Assembly: GCA_963575745.1 (NCBI GenBank)
Contig: CAUYUJ010000325.1
Coordinates: 62,001-126,000 of the forward strand
Direction: 5' to 3'
Source: Prorocentrum cordatum
Lineage: Eukaryota
Length of the DNA stretch: 64,000 bases
Part shown: positions 1 to 12,077 of the stretch, one piece after another
Numbering within the stretch: position 1 is the first letter of the stretch
Layout of the letters: each line of letters begins with the position of its first letter
Notes under the pieces: generated by a model
Seen by the model: the letters and a program-made list of their open reading frames with translations, nothing else
Told to the model about the DNA's origin: nothing
Database searches by the model: none
Program-made: the position numbers and the translations under genes

Positions 1-164
1 AACATCGCTGCGCGAACGTCAGTTCGAATCTGCCGGGGCGGACGAGTGGACTAGATAATCCACCACCGTGCCTTCTGCCACGTTGAGGCCTGGAAGAATG
101 CCAAAGTCCGTCTGGTGGGGGTTTTTGGATTCTCATAATGGAACGCCCTTTCTCTGCCTGCAGA

Positions 165-390
165 CTCCTGCGTGCACCGCCCCCCCTTGCCGAGGCAACT
201 TCCCTCGTGCCCGCTCGAGGATGGTGCACTTCCAGCATGGCAGATAATGCCTAATCCCCCCCCCCCGTCCACGCGTGCCCGCTCGAGAATGGTGCACGCA
301 CGTCCCGCATGGCAGCTAATGCCTGACCCCTCATTCCATGCGCGCCCGCTCGAAGATTTTGCTCTTCCCGCATGGCTGCTAACTCCTAGA
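165..390. repeat. Degenerate ~65-70 bp tandem repeat (about 3 full units)
   Basis: Recurring CGTGCCCGCTCGAG..ATGGTGCAC..TCC(A/C)GCATGGCAG.TAATGCCT at about 205, 273 and 340. Confidence 0.7.
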
Positions 391-1709
391 TCCCTCAGCC
401 AACGAACGTCCGCTACAGGATTCTGCGCTTCCCGCGCTCCCAAGCGTTACTTCCGAGCGCCGCAGGGCCTCCCATTCAAACCGACGGATGTGCGACCCGA
501 GCTTCCAAAGCGGCCCAGCTCGTGCAATAAACCAAGGACACCAACATGGCCACAAGGCGACCGAGTACTGCTTCGAGAAGGCCCAACATGTCTCCAAGAG
601 GGCTCAAACATGCCTCCAACAGGGCCCGAGGGGCTCAACACACGCTGCCCCTGCATAGAACGAAAGAGCAAACGGAAAACGAAGGAAGGTGCGGGAACAA
701 AGAGAGGAAATTACATAATAACAACCAAAACCTGATCAGGTGGATGCGAATAGCAGAGTTCGAAGCCGGTAGCATTCAAACCATGTTGTGCCCGCGCCTG
801 TCCTGGCCGCGTGACCGATGCGAGGGCCCACAGCTCACCAACCGATTGTCTGCTCGCTGCTCGACATGGTGACGCTGGTCATCCCATCTGCGCATGCCAT
901 GGTGCACGTTCAGCACAGACGGCAGAACATGGGGCGCAGAAAAATGGGCCCCAGAAGCGAACAGTAGAACCCCACCATAAAACCCAATACTACCCCGACG
1001 CAAAGCCACGCCCCAGAGGACACACTTGAGAGCCCCAGGCGCCTTGGAGCTGCGTTGGCGGCTGCGACGAGCAACAGGGCGGGCCGCAGCGCGCCGCCGA
1101 TAATGCGCGCGAGCGGAAGCCCGCGTCGAGGGCGAAGAACTCCCTCCTGCCATCGGCGCCGCACAACAGGTGCCCTTTGCGCCGCTCCGCGGCGCCCCGC
1201 CGGGATCGGACTCGCCGCGCGCGCCGCCGCCCCGCATTGCGCTACTAGACGCCATGCGCCTCGTCGCCGCCGCCGCCCAACTCACTGAATGACGACGCAA
1301 TCTGTCCAGCGCACGCGGCTCGCTGCCATCTGCTCGAAGAGTCTCGGGCCAGCCAGGTCGCAGCGGGCAGCCCGCAGCGCGCGCCACTCGCCCCGCACTT
1401 GGTGAGATTGTCTGATCTCTCGCTCGAGAGCGAGATGGCCCTGATGCTGGCGTCGTTGCCGACGTCGGCGCCGGCGAAACAAGTGGCACGTGTGCCATGG
1501 CTCTTGCACAAAAAGGAAGGGGCAGGAGGAGGATGTGGAGGAGGAGGGGGGGGGAGAGGATGCCAGAAATCGCAGAAGGAGTGAACAACACAGGGCCGCA
1601 AGAGGGGCTCCAGAGGGCGAGCGCGAGGAGACTCCAAGGGCCGTCCCCCGCAAGATGGTTTCAAAGACCTTTGACGGGTTCCCAGGAAGCCTCCAACTGA
1701 CGCCCGAGG

Positions 1710-3339
1710 GCGCTGAGACGGTGTCCGGGAAGGGGCGGGGCAGGGAGGGGCTGCGGTGCCGAAATAAAGTGGGCGGGGCGGAGGGGGCGCTGGGCGAGCG
1801 CTGGAGCCGTGGGGGGCGCTGAGACGTGTGGGGGAGGGGGCGGAGGATGGGGGGGGGTTGTCGGGGCGGAGGGGGCACTGGGCGGGCGCTCGAGCCGCGG
1901 GGGAGCGCTCAGACGGCGCGGGGGAGGCGGCGGGGCGCGGGGGGGGGGGCGGTGCCGAATTAAAGTGGTCGGGGAGGAGGGGGGCACTGGGCGGGCGCTG
2001 GAGCCGCGGGGGGGCGCTGAGACGGCGCGGGGGAGGAGGCGGAGCGGGGGGGGGTGCGGTGCCGAAATAAAATGGTCGAGGCGGAGGGGGCACTGGGCGG
2101 GCGCTGGAGCCGCGGGGGGGCGCTGAGACGGCGCGGGGGCCGGGGCGGAGCGGGGGGGGGTGCGGTGCCGAAATAAAGTGGTCGAAGCGGAGGGGGCACT
2201 GGGCGGGCGCTGGAGCCGTGGGGGGGCGCTGAGACGGCGCGGGGGAGGGGGCGGAGCGGGGGGGGGGGTGCGGTGCCGAAATAAAGTGGTCGTGGCGGAG
2301 GGGGCACTGGGCGGGCGCTGGAGCCGCGCGGGGGCGCTGAGACGGCGCGGGGGAGGGGGCGGAGCGGGGAGGGGGGGTGCGGTGCCGAAATAAAGTGGTC
2401 GGGGCGGAGGAGGCACTGGGCGGGCGCTGGAGCCGCGGGAGGGCGCTGAGACGGCGCGGGGGAGGGGGCGGCGCGGGGGAGGGGGTGCGGTGCCGAAATA
2501 AAGTGGTCGAGGCGGAGGGGGCGCTGGGCGGGCGCTGGAGCCGCGGGGGGGGCGCTGAGACCGGCGCGGGGGAGGGGCGAGCGGGGGGGGGTGCGTTGCC
2601 GCAAATAAAATGGCCGGGGCGGAGGGGGCGCTGGGGCGGGCGCTGGAGCGCGGGGGCGCCTGAGCGGCGCGGGGGGAGGGGGGAGGGGGCGGAGCGGGGG
2701 GGGGGTGCGGTGCGAAATAAATTGGTCGGGGGGAGGGGGCACTGGGCGGGCGCTGGAGCCGCGCGGGGGCGCTGAGACGGCGCGGGGGAGGGGGCGGAGG
2801 GGGGGGGGTGCGGTGCCGAAATAAAGTGGTCGGGGCGGAGGGGGCACTGGGCGGGCGCTGGAGCCGCGCGGGGGCGCTGAGACGGCGCGGGGGAGGGGGC
2901 GGAGCGGGGAGGGGGGGTGCGGTGCCGAAATAAAGTGGTCGTGGCGGAGGGGGCACTGGGCGGGCGCTGGAGCCGCGCGGGGGCGCTGAGACGGCGCGGG
3001 GGAGGGGGCGGAGCGGGGAGGGGGGTGCGGTGCCGAAATAAAGTGGTCGGGGCGGAGGAGGCACTGGGCGGGCGCTGGAGCCGCGGGGGGGCGCTGAGAC
3101 GGCGCGGGGGAGGGGGCGGAGCGGGGGGGGGGTGCGGTGCCGAAATAAAGTGGTCGAGGCGGAGGGGGCACTGGGCGGGCGCTGGAGCCGCGGGGGGGCG
3201 CTGAGACGGCGCGGGGGAGGGGGCGGAGCGGGGGGGGGTGCGGTGCCGAAATAAAGTGGTCGGGGCGGAGGGGGCACTGGGCGGGCGCTGGGGCCGCGGG
3301 AGGGCGCTGAGACGGAGGGGGCGCATGATGATGATGATG

Positions 3340-3375
<36 letters not shown>

Positions 3376-3422
3376 GTGGTGATTATGATGGGGGGGGTGC
3401 GGTGCCGAAATAAAGTGGTCGG
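1710..3422 (+). repeat. G-rich ~108-bp minisatellite, about 15 units
   Basis: Unit core GGTGCGGTGCCGAAATAAAGTGGTCG.GGCGGAGGGGGCACTGGGCGGGCGCTGGAGCCGCG..GGGGCGCTGAGACGGCGCGG. The last unit is interrupted by (GAT)n at about 3325-3390. Confidence 0.95.
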
Positions 3423-4139
3423 AGCTCTAGACACCCTGTGCAAGAGAATTAATGCCATTATACTGGCGAAGCTTTTGACGACAAAACGCAATTCAAAAAA
3501 ATAAACGCTTAAACGCCAAATGATCGGTACAGCGTTGGACGAATCGCGGCTGACCGAACGCGAGAACGCGAGCGCCCTCGCGATGCTCCTTGCTGCAAAC
3601 TGATGCCCCGATTAGGACCACGATAACAGCGTTTGGCGCGAAAGGGCGCGGACCGAATTGCCTGCCAATCGCGACGTTGCGATCGGGAACCGCCGCGCCA
3701 ATGGCAGCGGCGGCGGTGATAATCGAATAAACACCTTGAGCAAGTGGCACTGCCGCAGCGACATCAAAGGCGCCCTTGCGTTCAATAACACATTGAAGGT
3801 CGCGCAACCACGCGCGAGCCCCATGCGCAACAGCATGATGAGCGGAGAAGTAGACGAGCAAACGCGATGCGCGTGCCGGCGCGCGCTAACCTACAACCGC
3901 GGGCTCGCACGTGCGCGCGCGCACGTTCGAGGGCGGTGGCATCGCCAGAAGTCGCGGCGCGACGACAACTGGTTGAGCAAATTTGCAAGTCGCCAGGCGC
4001 ACCTCTGAAAATTCTCGGGGGCGCAAAACCAGACTGAAAACCGCGCTGCGCATCCAAAGCGACGCGATCACGCGGGACGTACTTTCGCGTGAGACACCAG
4101 GGAGGCGTCGGCAACGTGGCGGCGGGCAGGAACGCATTA

Positions 4140-4400
4140 AATTGTGTTGCCGTGTTTGTGCACCCGGGCCCCCCTGTGAACTTTTGCGACCAGTACGGGT
4201 TCACGAAACAGAAGAGCCCCCATTACACCAGGCATGGTGGAATGGCCCCTGCTAATAGTCTGGCGCGCGAGTGGGCCGGGCAGGGCGATTATTCTTGCGC
4301 CGTGCGGGCCGACCATGATTGCCGGGAAGATTATGCATTCACGCAGGAGGATATCGATGGGCTCGGACAGGGCCCGAAATTCTTGGATACCTTTATGCTT
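4140..4400 (+). pseudogene. Decayed coding fragment, unknown protein
   Basis: Protein-like stretch NFCDQYGFTKQKSPHYTRHGGMAPANSLAREWAGQGDY..DYAFTQEDIDG within otherwise non-coding-looking sequence; no clear start or stop. Confidence 0.3.
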
Positions 4401-4437
4401 TCGCCAGGCCCGCCGATCTGCAAGGATCCATGCTGGA

Positions 4438-4765
4438 TCGTGGTCCACGTGGCGGCGCCGCCCCATGTGGGCGTCCCCCCCCCGTTTCGCGGCCCCACAT
4501 GGAGGTCCACCGAAGGCCCCAATGGCATGGCTCCATGGCGGCGCCGCCCATGCGGGCGCACCCCTCGCACGGTTCGCGGCCCCACATGGAGCTCCACTGA
4601 CGGCCCTGCCGGCAGGGTATACATGGCGGCTGCGCCCCATTTGGCGCACCCCTCGCTCGGTTCGCGGCCCCGCATGGGGCCCCACCGGAGGCCCTAGTGG
4701 CGTGGTCCACATGGCGGCGCCGCCATCTTGGCGCACCCCCCCACGCATTCGCGGCCCCACGTGGT
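4438..4765. repeat. ~90-bp tandem repeat, about 4 units
   Basis: Repeated CATGGCGGCGCCGCCCCAT..GGCGCACCCCTCGC.CGGTTCGCGGCCCCACATGG. Confidence 0.85.
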
Positions 4766-5282
4766 ACCCACAGCTGCATATGGTTGGGTATTCCGCCAGG
4801 CTTATTTGAGTCCAAGTCCTAATCGGCCTTTGCGAGGCCCAGTGGGCGACCGCGAGGGACTCTTTGAGTTTCTTGACATGCGTGGCCGCCCGCCCGCCTC
4901 TCGGCGCGAAGGAGTTGAGTTACGTCGCCTGCTTGCTGCGTCACGCGCGGGGCGGACTTCATGAGCACTGCGCCCACAGAGCATCCTGCGCGCGCTTGCG
5001 CTAGCATCGAGGTTACAGATTGGAGACCAAAGGTGCCGCGATCACTTCGGCGCCCGCTGCGCGTGGATCCGTCGGGACACGTGCTCTACAAGCAAATGCC
5101 TTTCTCATTTCGTCATCATCTGCTCTTGCCGCCCCCCTCGCATCCCCCCCGCGCTGTTCTTGCGTTCTTGCCTTGCCCTGGTTCGCGTTCCTTCTTGTTC
5201 TCCTTCTGCGTTGCGCGCGCGCGCCCTCGCTGCCATTCGACCCGTCTGCCCCCCTGCGCCCGCGCGCTGCGGGCGGCGCCCA

Positions 5283-5612
5283 GCCGACAAAAAAACGATT
5301 CCCCCGACAAAATTGACCGACAAAAAACCGAACCGCCCGACAAAAAAAAAACAACAACCCCGACAAGACAATCGGCCCGACAAAAATGGGCCGACAAAAA
5401 AGAAGAGGTGGCCCGACAAAAAAAAAGAACGGCCGCGACAAAAATCTGACCGACCCAAGAAAGTGTCGCGACAAAATCGTTCCTGGATTTGGCTGCGGGG
5501 CGGATTCATTGTAATTTCACAGTTAGGATGCGCCCCCCCTGGACCCCGCGGCAATTTTGCCCGACGGTCCGGGTGGACATTTTGTCGGTCAGTTTGGTTA
5601 GGCGGTTTGTCG
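5283..5612. repeat. Cluster of CCGACAAAA motifs followed by inverted TTTGTCG copies
   Basis: About 10 direct CGACAA(A) motifs at 5283-5476; reverse copies near 5580 and 5605. Confidence 0.7.
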
Positions 5613-7611
5613 AAGCAGTCTGGTGCGTCCACGAGGTCGCGCCGCGTTCGCCGGGCGATTCGCGGTCCTAACGGGGGCGCAGTAGCATCGCGCGGCGAGG
5701 GGGGGGGGGGCATGGCGGCGCGGCGGGGGGGGAAGAGGAGGGGGGGAGAGAGATCGGCAGGAGGAGGAGGAAAACGATGAGGGGGAGGAAGAGGGCGAGG
5801 GGGCATGGTGGCGGGCATCCCCGACTTCAGCTTGCCTGGCCCAACCCTTCGGGGGGGGGGCGTCGGTCGGCCAGGGCGAACACTGCGTGGAGCTCGCCCC
5901 TGGAAGCTCCCAGGGAGGATTCGGGGGTGCGCGAAGGCTTTGTTATTCCGATGCCTGTGGCAAACCCCGCCGCTACGCCTGCGCTGTGGGTCGCAAGCCT
6001 CTTGGGCGCCGGTGCAGATTTCGCTTTTTTGCGCGAAGGGATTTCCAAGATGCCCTGGGGGCTTTCGCGCAAAACTTGCAAGGCATTGTGGGCGTTCTCG
6101 GCGGCGTCATGGGCCTTCAGGTGGCGCTTGTGGGAGCCTCGCAGGGGCGTCGCGGAGAAATGTGGGCCCTGCTGCGGACAAGTTGGGGCTGCTGGTTGAC
6201 GCTATGTTTCGCGGTTTTCCATCGTATTCCAACCCTCTCCCTTTATCACCCTTCCTTCCTCCTCCCTACTAACTCGCCCACCCTCCCCCCTGCCCCATCC
6301 CTCCCCTTTCCCCTGGCTGCCCCCCTCCTTGGCCCCCCTTCCCCCTTTCCCACATGTTCCCCTCCCCCTCCCACCTCGCCCTACTAACTCGCCCCCCCCT
6401 TCTTCCTGCCCCGTCGTTTCTCTTCCCCTCGCCCTTCCTCGTCGTCGCCCTCCTCCCCCCCGCCTCCTCTCTCTTTTTTCTGTTCCTGCCCCTCCCTGTA
6501 TAATTTCTCTGTTTCGGCACGCCCAACGCATCGCTCCGCGGCCCCAGAGGGAGCTCCACCGGAGGCGCCAGTGGCAGGGTCCACATGGCGACGCCGCTCC
6601 ATTTGAGCGCACACCATCACGCGGCTTGCAGCCCCAGAGGGATCTCCACCGCAGGCCTCAGCGGCAGGGTCCGCCATCTGGACAGCAGAGGGGAACTCGA
6701 ACGCGGCGCGCCGCAGCGCGCTTCGAAACGACGCTGGGCACAATGGCATTTTTACCGCAACGCCGCGAATTTGTTAGCCGCCCCGCGCGGGTGATGCCGA
6801 ACGCATTCGTGTGCTACCGCACGTGCGCCGCCGGAGCTAAGTTTCCGACTTCGGTCGTGAATTGTAGCGCGGGCGCGTGTCAGGCGCCCTCGACGCGTCA
6901 CGTAGGCCCGCGCGTTGGGCGCCCACGCATCACGCCGGAAACATGTCATCCCACTACTCTCGCGTAGTGCAGCGCTTTCGTTGCAGCGCGGTTCGCCGAG
7001 GGCGCTGGTGCGTCGCCGAAAGCGACGGCCAGGTTCCTTTGGCAGGAGGACTGGTGGGGAGGGGTGGAATGGGGGGTGCGCGCGAATGAGGAGGGGGGGG
7101 CAATGCGGCGAGGAGGGGGAGGGCGAGGCGGAAGGCGTGGATGAAACGGGGGAAGGGAGGGGGGGAATTGAAGGTGGTTCAGGGGAGCCGGGGGCGCTCA
7201 GGGCCCCTCTTGGGGCCCTCTCGGAGCCGCCCTGGGGCTCTCTACGAGCCTCGGAAGGCGCCGAAATGGCCCCGAGATAACCCCGAGAGAGCCCCAAGAG
7301 AGCCCTAAGAGGGGCCCTGAGGCGCGTGGACTGCGGCCTGCATGCGGTCCGCGCACTAGTACGAGCGATTGAATATGAAAGGGCAAGCGCGGCACGCGCG
7401 CCATGAAAACGCGGCACGCGGCAGAAATAATTATGAGAAGGACACTCGCGCGCTTCGCGTGCGTCCGTGGACCGAAATTGCTAAATCAGGGCAATGGCGC
7501 GGCGACGACCGCGTTTGTCTCCACCAATCAATAATTCAAAAAATGCAAAACAAATTTGTCGAGGCCCTGGTTTTGTTTCCTGGCGGGGGAGGGGCCCGAA
7601 ATAAGTGCCAA

Positions 7612-9025
7612 CGTTTACGCTGGCGTCGGTGCTACCGTCGCGCTGGTGTAGGCGCTGACATCGGCGCCGGCGCAGGCGCCCGGCGTCGCTGCACCGTCGA
7701 CTATGGTGTGGGCGACGGCGTGGGGGCCGGAGCTGGCGTCTGTGCTGGCGTCGGTGCTGGCGTCGGCAATGGCGTCGGCAATGGAGCAGGCGCTGGCGCC
7801 GCGTTGGCGTCAGCTTCGGAAGTGGCCTCGGCGCTGGGCGCAGCGCCGGTGTAGGCGCTGGCGCCAGCGCTGGCGTCGGCGCCAGCGTTTAACGCCAGCG
7901 ATGGCGCTGGTTTCGGTGCTGGCGTCGGCGCTGGTGCAGGAGCTGTCATGGGTGCTGGCGTAAGCGCCAGCGGTGATGCTGGTGTCGGTGCTAGCGTCGG
8001 CGCCGGCATAGGCCCTGGCGTTGGGGCTGTCGTAGGTGCAGGCGTAGACGCTTGTGTCCGTGCCGGCGAAAACGCTTGCGTCAGTGCTGGTGTCAAGGCT
8101 GGCGTCGGCGCAGGTGTAGGCGATGGCGCTGGCGCCCGCGAAGGCGCTGGCGTCGGCGCTCGCGTCGGCGCGGGCGTAGGCGCTGGCGTTGGCGCTGGCG
8201 TTAGTGCCAGCGTCAAGGCCGGCGCGCAGCGCGCGCCGACGTAGACGCAGACGCAGGTTCTGGCGCCAATGCCAGCGTGGGCGCAGGCTATGGCCGTCAG
8301 TGCCAGCGCATGCGCGGGCGCCCGTGCCGGCGTCGTCGCTGGCGTCGGCGCCGGCATTCGCGACGGCGTCCGCGCTGCCGTCGGGGCTGGCGACGTGGGG
8401 CGCGAGCGTCGGCGATGGCGCGCGCGCCGGCGCAGGCGCCGGTGTCAGCGCAAGCGCCAGCGCCGGCGCTGGCGCCGGTGATGGCGTCGACGCCGACGCA
8501 GACGACGGCGCGCTCAGGCGCTGGGGCGCTCGTCGGCGCCGGCGCCAGCGCCAGCGCAGACGCCTGCTTTTGTGCCGGCGAAGATGCCGACGTTAGCGCT
8601 GGTGTCAATGCTGGCGTCGGCGCCCGCCCGCAGGCGCAAGCGTCGGCGCCAGCGTCGGCGCTGGCGTCGGCGCAGAAGTTGGCGCCGGCAACGACGCTGA
8701 CACCCGCGATGGCGTTGGCGCTGGCGCAAACGCCGGCGCTGGCGCAGGCGGTGAATCCGGCGTCGGCGCTTCTGTCGGCGACCTATAGGCGACGGCGTTG
8801 GTTTCGGCGTCGGTGGCGCGGGCGCCAGCGGGGGCCCCGGCGCCGGGCCCAGCGCCGGCGCCGCCGCGAACAAAGGCGACGGCGCTTGCTGGGCGCAGGG
8901 GCGCAGGCGCAGGCGTAGATGCTGGCGTCGGAGATGGCGTCGGCGCTGGAGTAAACGCCGGCGTTGGCGCTGGCTTCGGCGCCGTCGTCGGCGCTGGCGC
9001 AGGCGCAGGCGGTCGCGTCGGCGTT
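7612..9025 (+). repeat. Degenerate (GGCGYY)n hexamer repeat, left part, split by the 11.6-kb transposon
   Basis: GGCGCT/GGCGTC/GGCGCC runs give Gly-Ala-Val pseudo-ORFs; the repeat resumes in register at 20672. Confidence 0.9.
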
Positions 9026-9095
9026 CTGAGATCCTCTTCAATGCGTCTCAGACGCGTTGATTTTAAATCAACGAATCAACGTACATGTGGCATGC
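9026..9095 (+). repeat. Left terminal inverted repeat
   Basis: CTGAGATCCTCTTCAATGCGTCTCAGACGCGTTGATT... matches the reverse complement of 20602-20671. Confidence 0.85.
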
Positions 9096-9352
9096 ACACA
9101 TTGTAGATAGTGTACACTGCCGTGTGCCACCATGAAGTTGCACATGCACGCATCATGCATTGAGTTGCGTTTGCATTGCATCTAAAAAAAGGAAGTGGAG
9201 GGGAAGGAGGAGGAGGAGGAGAAGGAGGAGAAGGAGGAGGAGGAAAAGGATGAGGAGAGTGAGGAGGAGGAGAGAGGAGGGAGGAGGGAGGAGGCGGCGG
9301 GAGGAGGCAGGTGATCGAAGCGCAGCGGGGACGACTCGCCTGCAGACCCTGC

Positions 9353-9396
9353 ATTGCGATGTTCAGAGGTCCTATAGGACCTCTGAACATCGCAAT
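9353..9396. repeat. Perfect 44-bp palindrome
   Basis: ATTGCGATGTTCAGAGGTCCTA|TAGGACCTCTGAACATCGCAAT. Confidence 0.95.
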
Positions 9397-9690
9397 TCAG
9401 TCATTGTGGCTTGCGCTGGGTCCTTGTGAACCGTGGAATTCGCCCCTTTGTGCTTCCCCCCTGCCTCTGGGTCCGAGAGCACCTGGAAGCCTCCCGTCGC
9501 CCCCTCTCAGTGCGCTGGGGCGTCTTGTTGCTTTGCGTAAGATGACACGATGGTCGGGCACTCCTCGGCCCCCCACATCCCGCCCCAATTTCACGCGAAG
9601 GGGGGCGCTTGAAATCCTGGCTTTCGCTCCGCAGCCGATTTGTGTCGAGAGCCCGCGGATCCATAGAGGCTTCGACCCCGCGGGCCATTT

Positions 9691-10626
9691 ATGGCCGCTT
9701 CCGTGGAACCAGATGGGCCGAGCGGCCCACCAGAGCAATGGCAGTCCTTGCAGAGATCCAAGCGCGTCAAGTGGTCAGTGGATGCCGTGTTTGATTTCGC
9801 ACAGGCGATTTGGACAGGTCTCTCCAAGCATGCCAAAGAAAAAGTTCGGTCGGGCGACTTCAAGGGCCATGTATTTCATTTGGATCGGACATCGGGAGCC
9901 GCCCCGAACACGAAAGACCTTGAGAGAAATTTCAGTCTATTGCAAGCCGTACTTAAGAAGTGGCTCGGTGACCTGTCGGAATGTTTCTGGGCCGACGTGT
10001 TCTTGATGGTGGACTCCGTGTTCGCCGACGGGATGCTGTTCCGGCGCGAGATCGGCAAGGCCGCCGAGGCGGTGCAGACGGCCAAGGACTTGAAGGCGTG
10101 CATCACGTGCTTGAAGAACCTGCGCAGGAACAGCTCGAAATCTAAAGGCCAACGGAGCTTGAACCATGGCAGGGGGAAGAGGGGAGCGAGGAGGAGGAGG
10201 ATGAGGAGAAGGATGAGGACGAGGAGGAGGATGAGGAGGAGGAGGAGGAGGAGACGCGACGGAGGACCTCGAGGAGAAGTAGCAGCATAAGGATGGCGGG
10301 GATGACGGAGAGGACGAGGGGAAGGGGGAGGAGGAGGCCAAGAAGGAGGATGAGGAAGCCGCAGTGGGGCAAGGGGGAGGTTGAGGAAGGAGGAGGTGAG
10401 CTCCATGTAGTTGCCCGTCGTTCGCAGGGGGTGCTCGAGGTGGGCGAGCCCGCAGAGCCCACGCGCGGGCCCATGGAAAGAGTAGCATTTCTGCGTCTTG
10501 GCATCGGGCTTTGTTTGCAAATAAAGCCCGATACCACAACGAAGAAATCATTGAAACATCCCCCTCCCCCAAAAAATACAACCGGTCGCCGACCGACAGC
10601 CCCTTGGGCGAGCAGGGAGAGAGAGA

Positions 10627-10662
<36 letters not shown>

Positions 10663-11968
10663 AAGACATAGAGAGAGGGAGGGAGAGGATGTATCTATAT
10701 ATATATATATATATGAATTTATATATGTATACTAGAACCACGCGCGCGCTTCGCGCGCGCTTAGGTTCTGTCGAGTCACAGACCCAGGAATCGTTGTGAG
10801 AAGAAATTGGTGACGCGAAGCGTCGTGGGGGCGTCCTTGGACGTCTGGGGTCTCCTGGGGCCTCTTGAGGGGCCTCCTGGGGGCCTCCTGGCGGCCTCTT
10901 GGGGCGGAAGGCTCGAGCTTGCGGTTCGTGGTCCCCCTCTGGGCCCCCTCTTGGGCCCGTCTTGGGGCCCTCTTGGGCCATCTTGGGCGCCTCTTGGGCC
11001 GTCTTGGGGCCCTCTTGGGCTGTCCTGGGGCCCTCTTGGAAGCTTCTTGGGCCGTCTTGGGGCGGTCTTGGGCGCCTCTTGGGCCGTCCTGTAACGTCGG
11101 AAAGCCCCAAAGACAACTTTGTTGAAAATGTACGTTTTACGAAGGGAATGGGTCAATTTTTGCGTCTAGGGGCCCTCTTGGGACGCATGTTGGAGGCTTC
11201 TTGGGGCCTCTTGGGGGCGTCCTTGGACGTCTGGGGTCTCCTGGGGCCTCTTGAGGGGCCTCCTGGGGGCCTCCTGGCGGCCTCTTGGGGCGGAAGGCTC
11301 GAGCTTGCGGTTCGTGGTCCCCCTCTGGGCCCCCTCTTGGGCCCGTCTTGGGGCCCTCTTGGGCCATCTTGGGCGCCTCTTGGGCCGTCTTGGGGCCCTC
11401 TTGGGCTGTCCTGGGGCCCTCTTGGAAGCTTCTTGGGCCGTCTTGGGGCGGTCTTGGGCGCCTCTTGGGCCGTCCTGTAACGTCGGAAAGCCCAAAAGGC
11501 AACTTTGTTGAAAATGTACGTTTTACGAAGGGAATGGGCAATTTTTTGCGTCTAGGGGCCCTCTTGGGACGCATGTTGGAGGCTTCTTGGGGCCTCTTGG
11601 GGCGTCCTTGGACGTCTGGAGGCCATCTTCAGCATCTCGGAGCCCTCTTGGAGGCCTCTTGGAAGTTTCTTGGGCCGTCTTGGGCGCTCCTGGGGCCGCG
11701 TCTGACCGGGGAGCCTCCGGCAAGCCCGACGAGCCTCGGGCCCCGGAGCCCACATTTGTGGTCGAGGTGGAGGCCATCTTCAGCATCTCGGAGCCCTCTT
11801 GGAGGCCTCTTGGAAGTTTCTTGGGCCGTCTTGGGCGCTCCTGGGGCCGTTTTGTCTGACCGGGGAGGCCTCCGGCAAGCCCCGACGAGCCTCCGGGCCC
11901 CCCGGAGCCCACATTTGCGGTCGAGGTCCCGGCCCCGGGCCCCCGGACCCGTGTGTATATATAATGTG

Positions 11969-12007
<39 letters not shown>

Positions 12008-12036
12008 GAGAGAGAGAGAGAGAGAGAGACAAAACA

Positions 12037-12077
<41 letters not shown>

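Noticed and set aside
1710..3422. CRISPR-like array (leader plus repeats)
   Set aside because: Whole units are repeated with no unique spacers, there are no cas genes, and the context is eukaryotic.
1245..3491. 748-aa Pro-rich ORF and overlapping long ORFs
   Set aside because: Translations of a stop-poor G-rich minisatellite, open in several frames.
7612..9041. Gly-Ala-Val or Pro-Ala-Thr repeat proteins (elastin or antifreeze-like)
   Set aside because: Hexamer repeat open on both strands, with frame breaks and split by a transposon.
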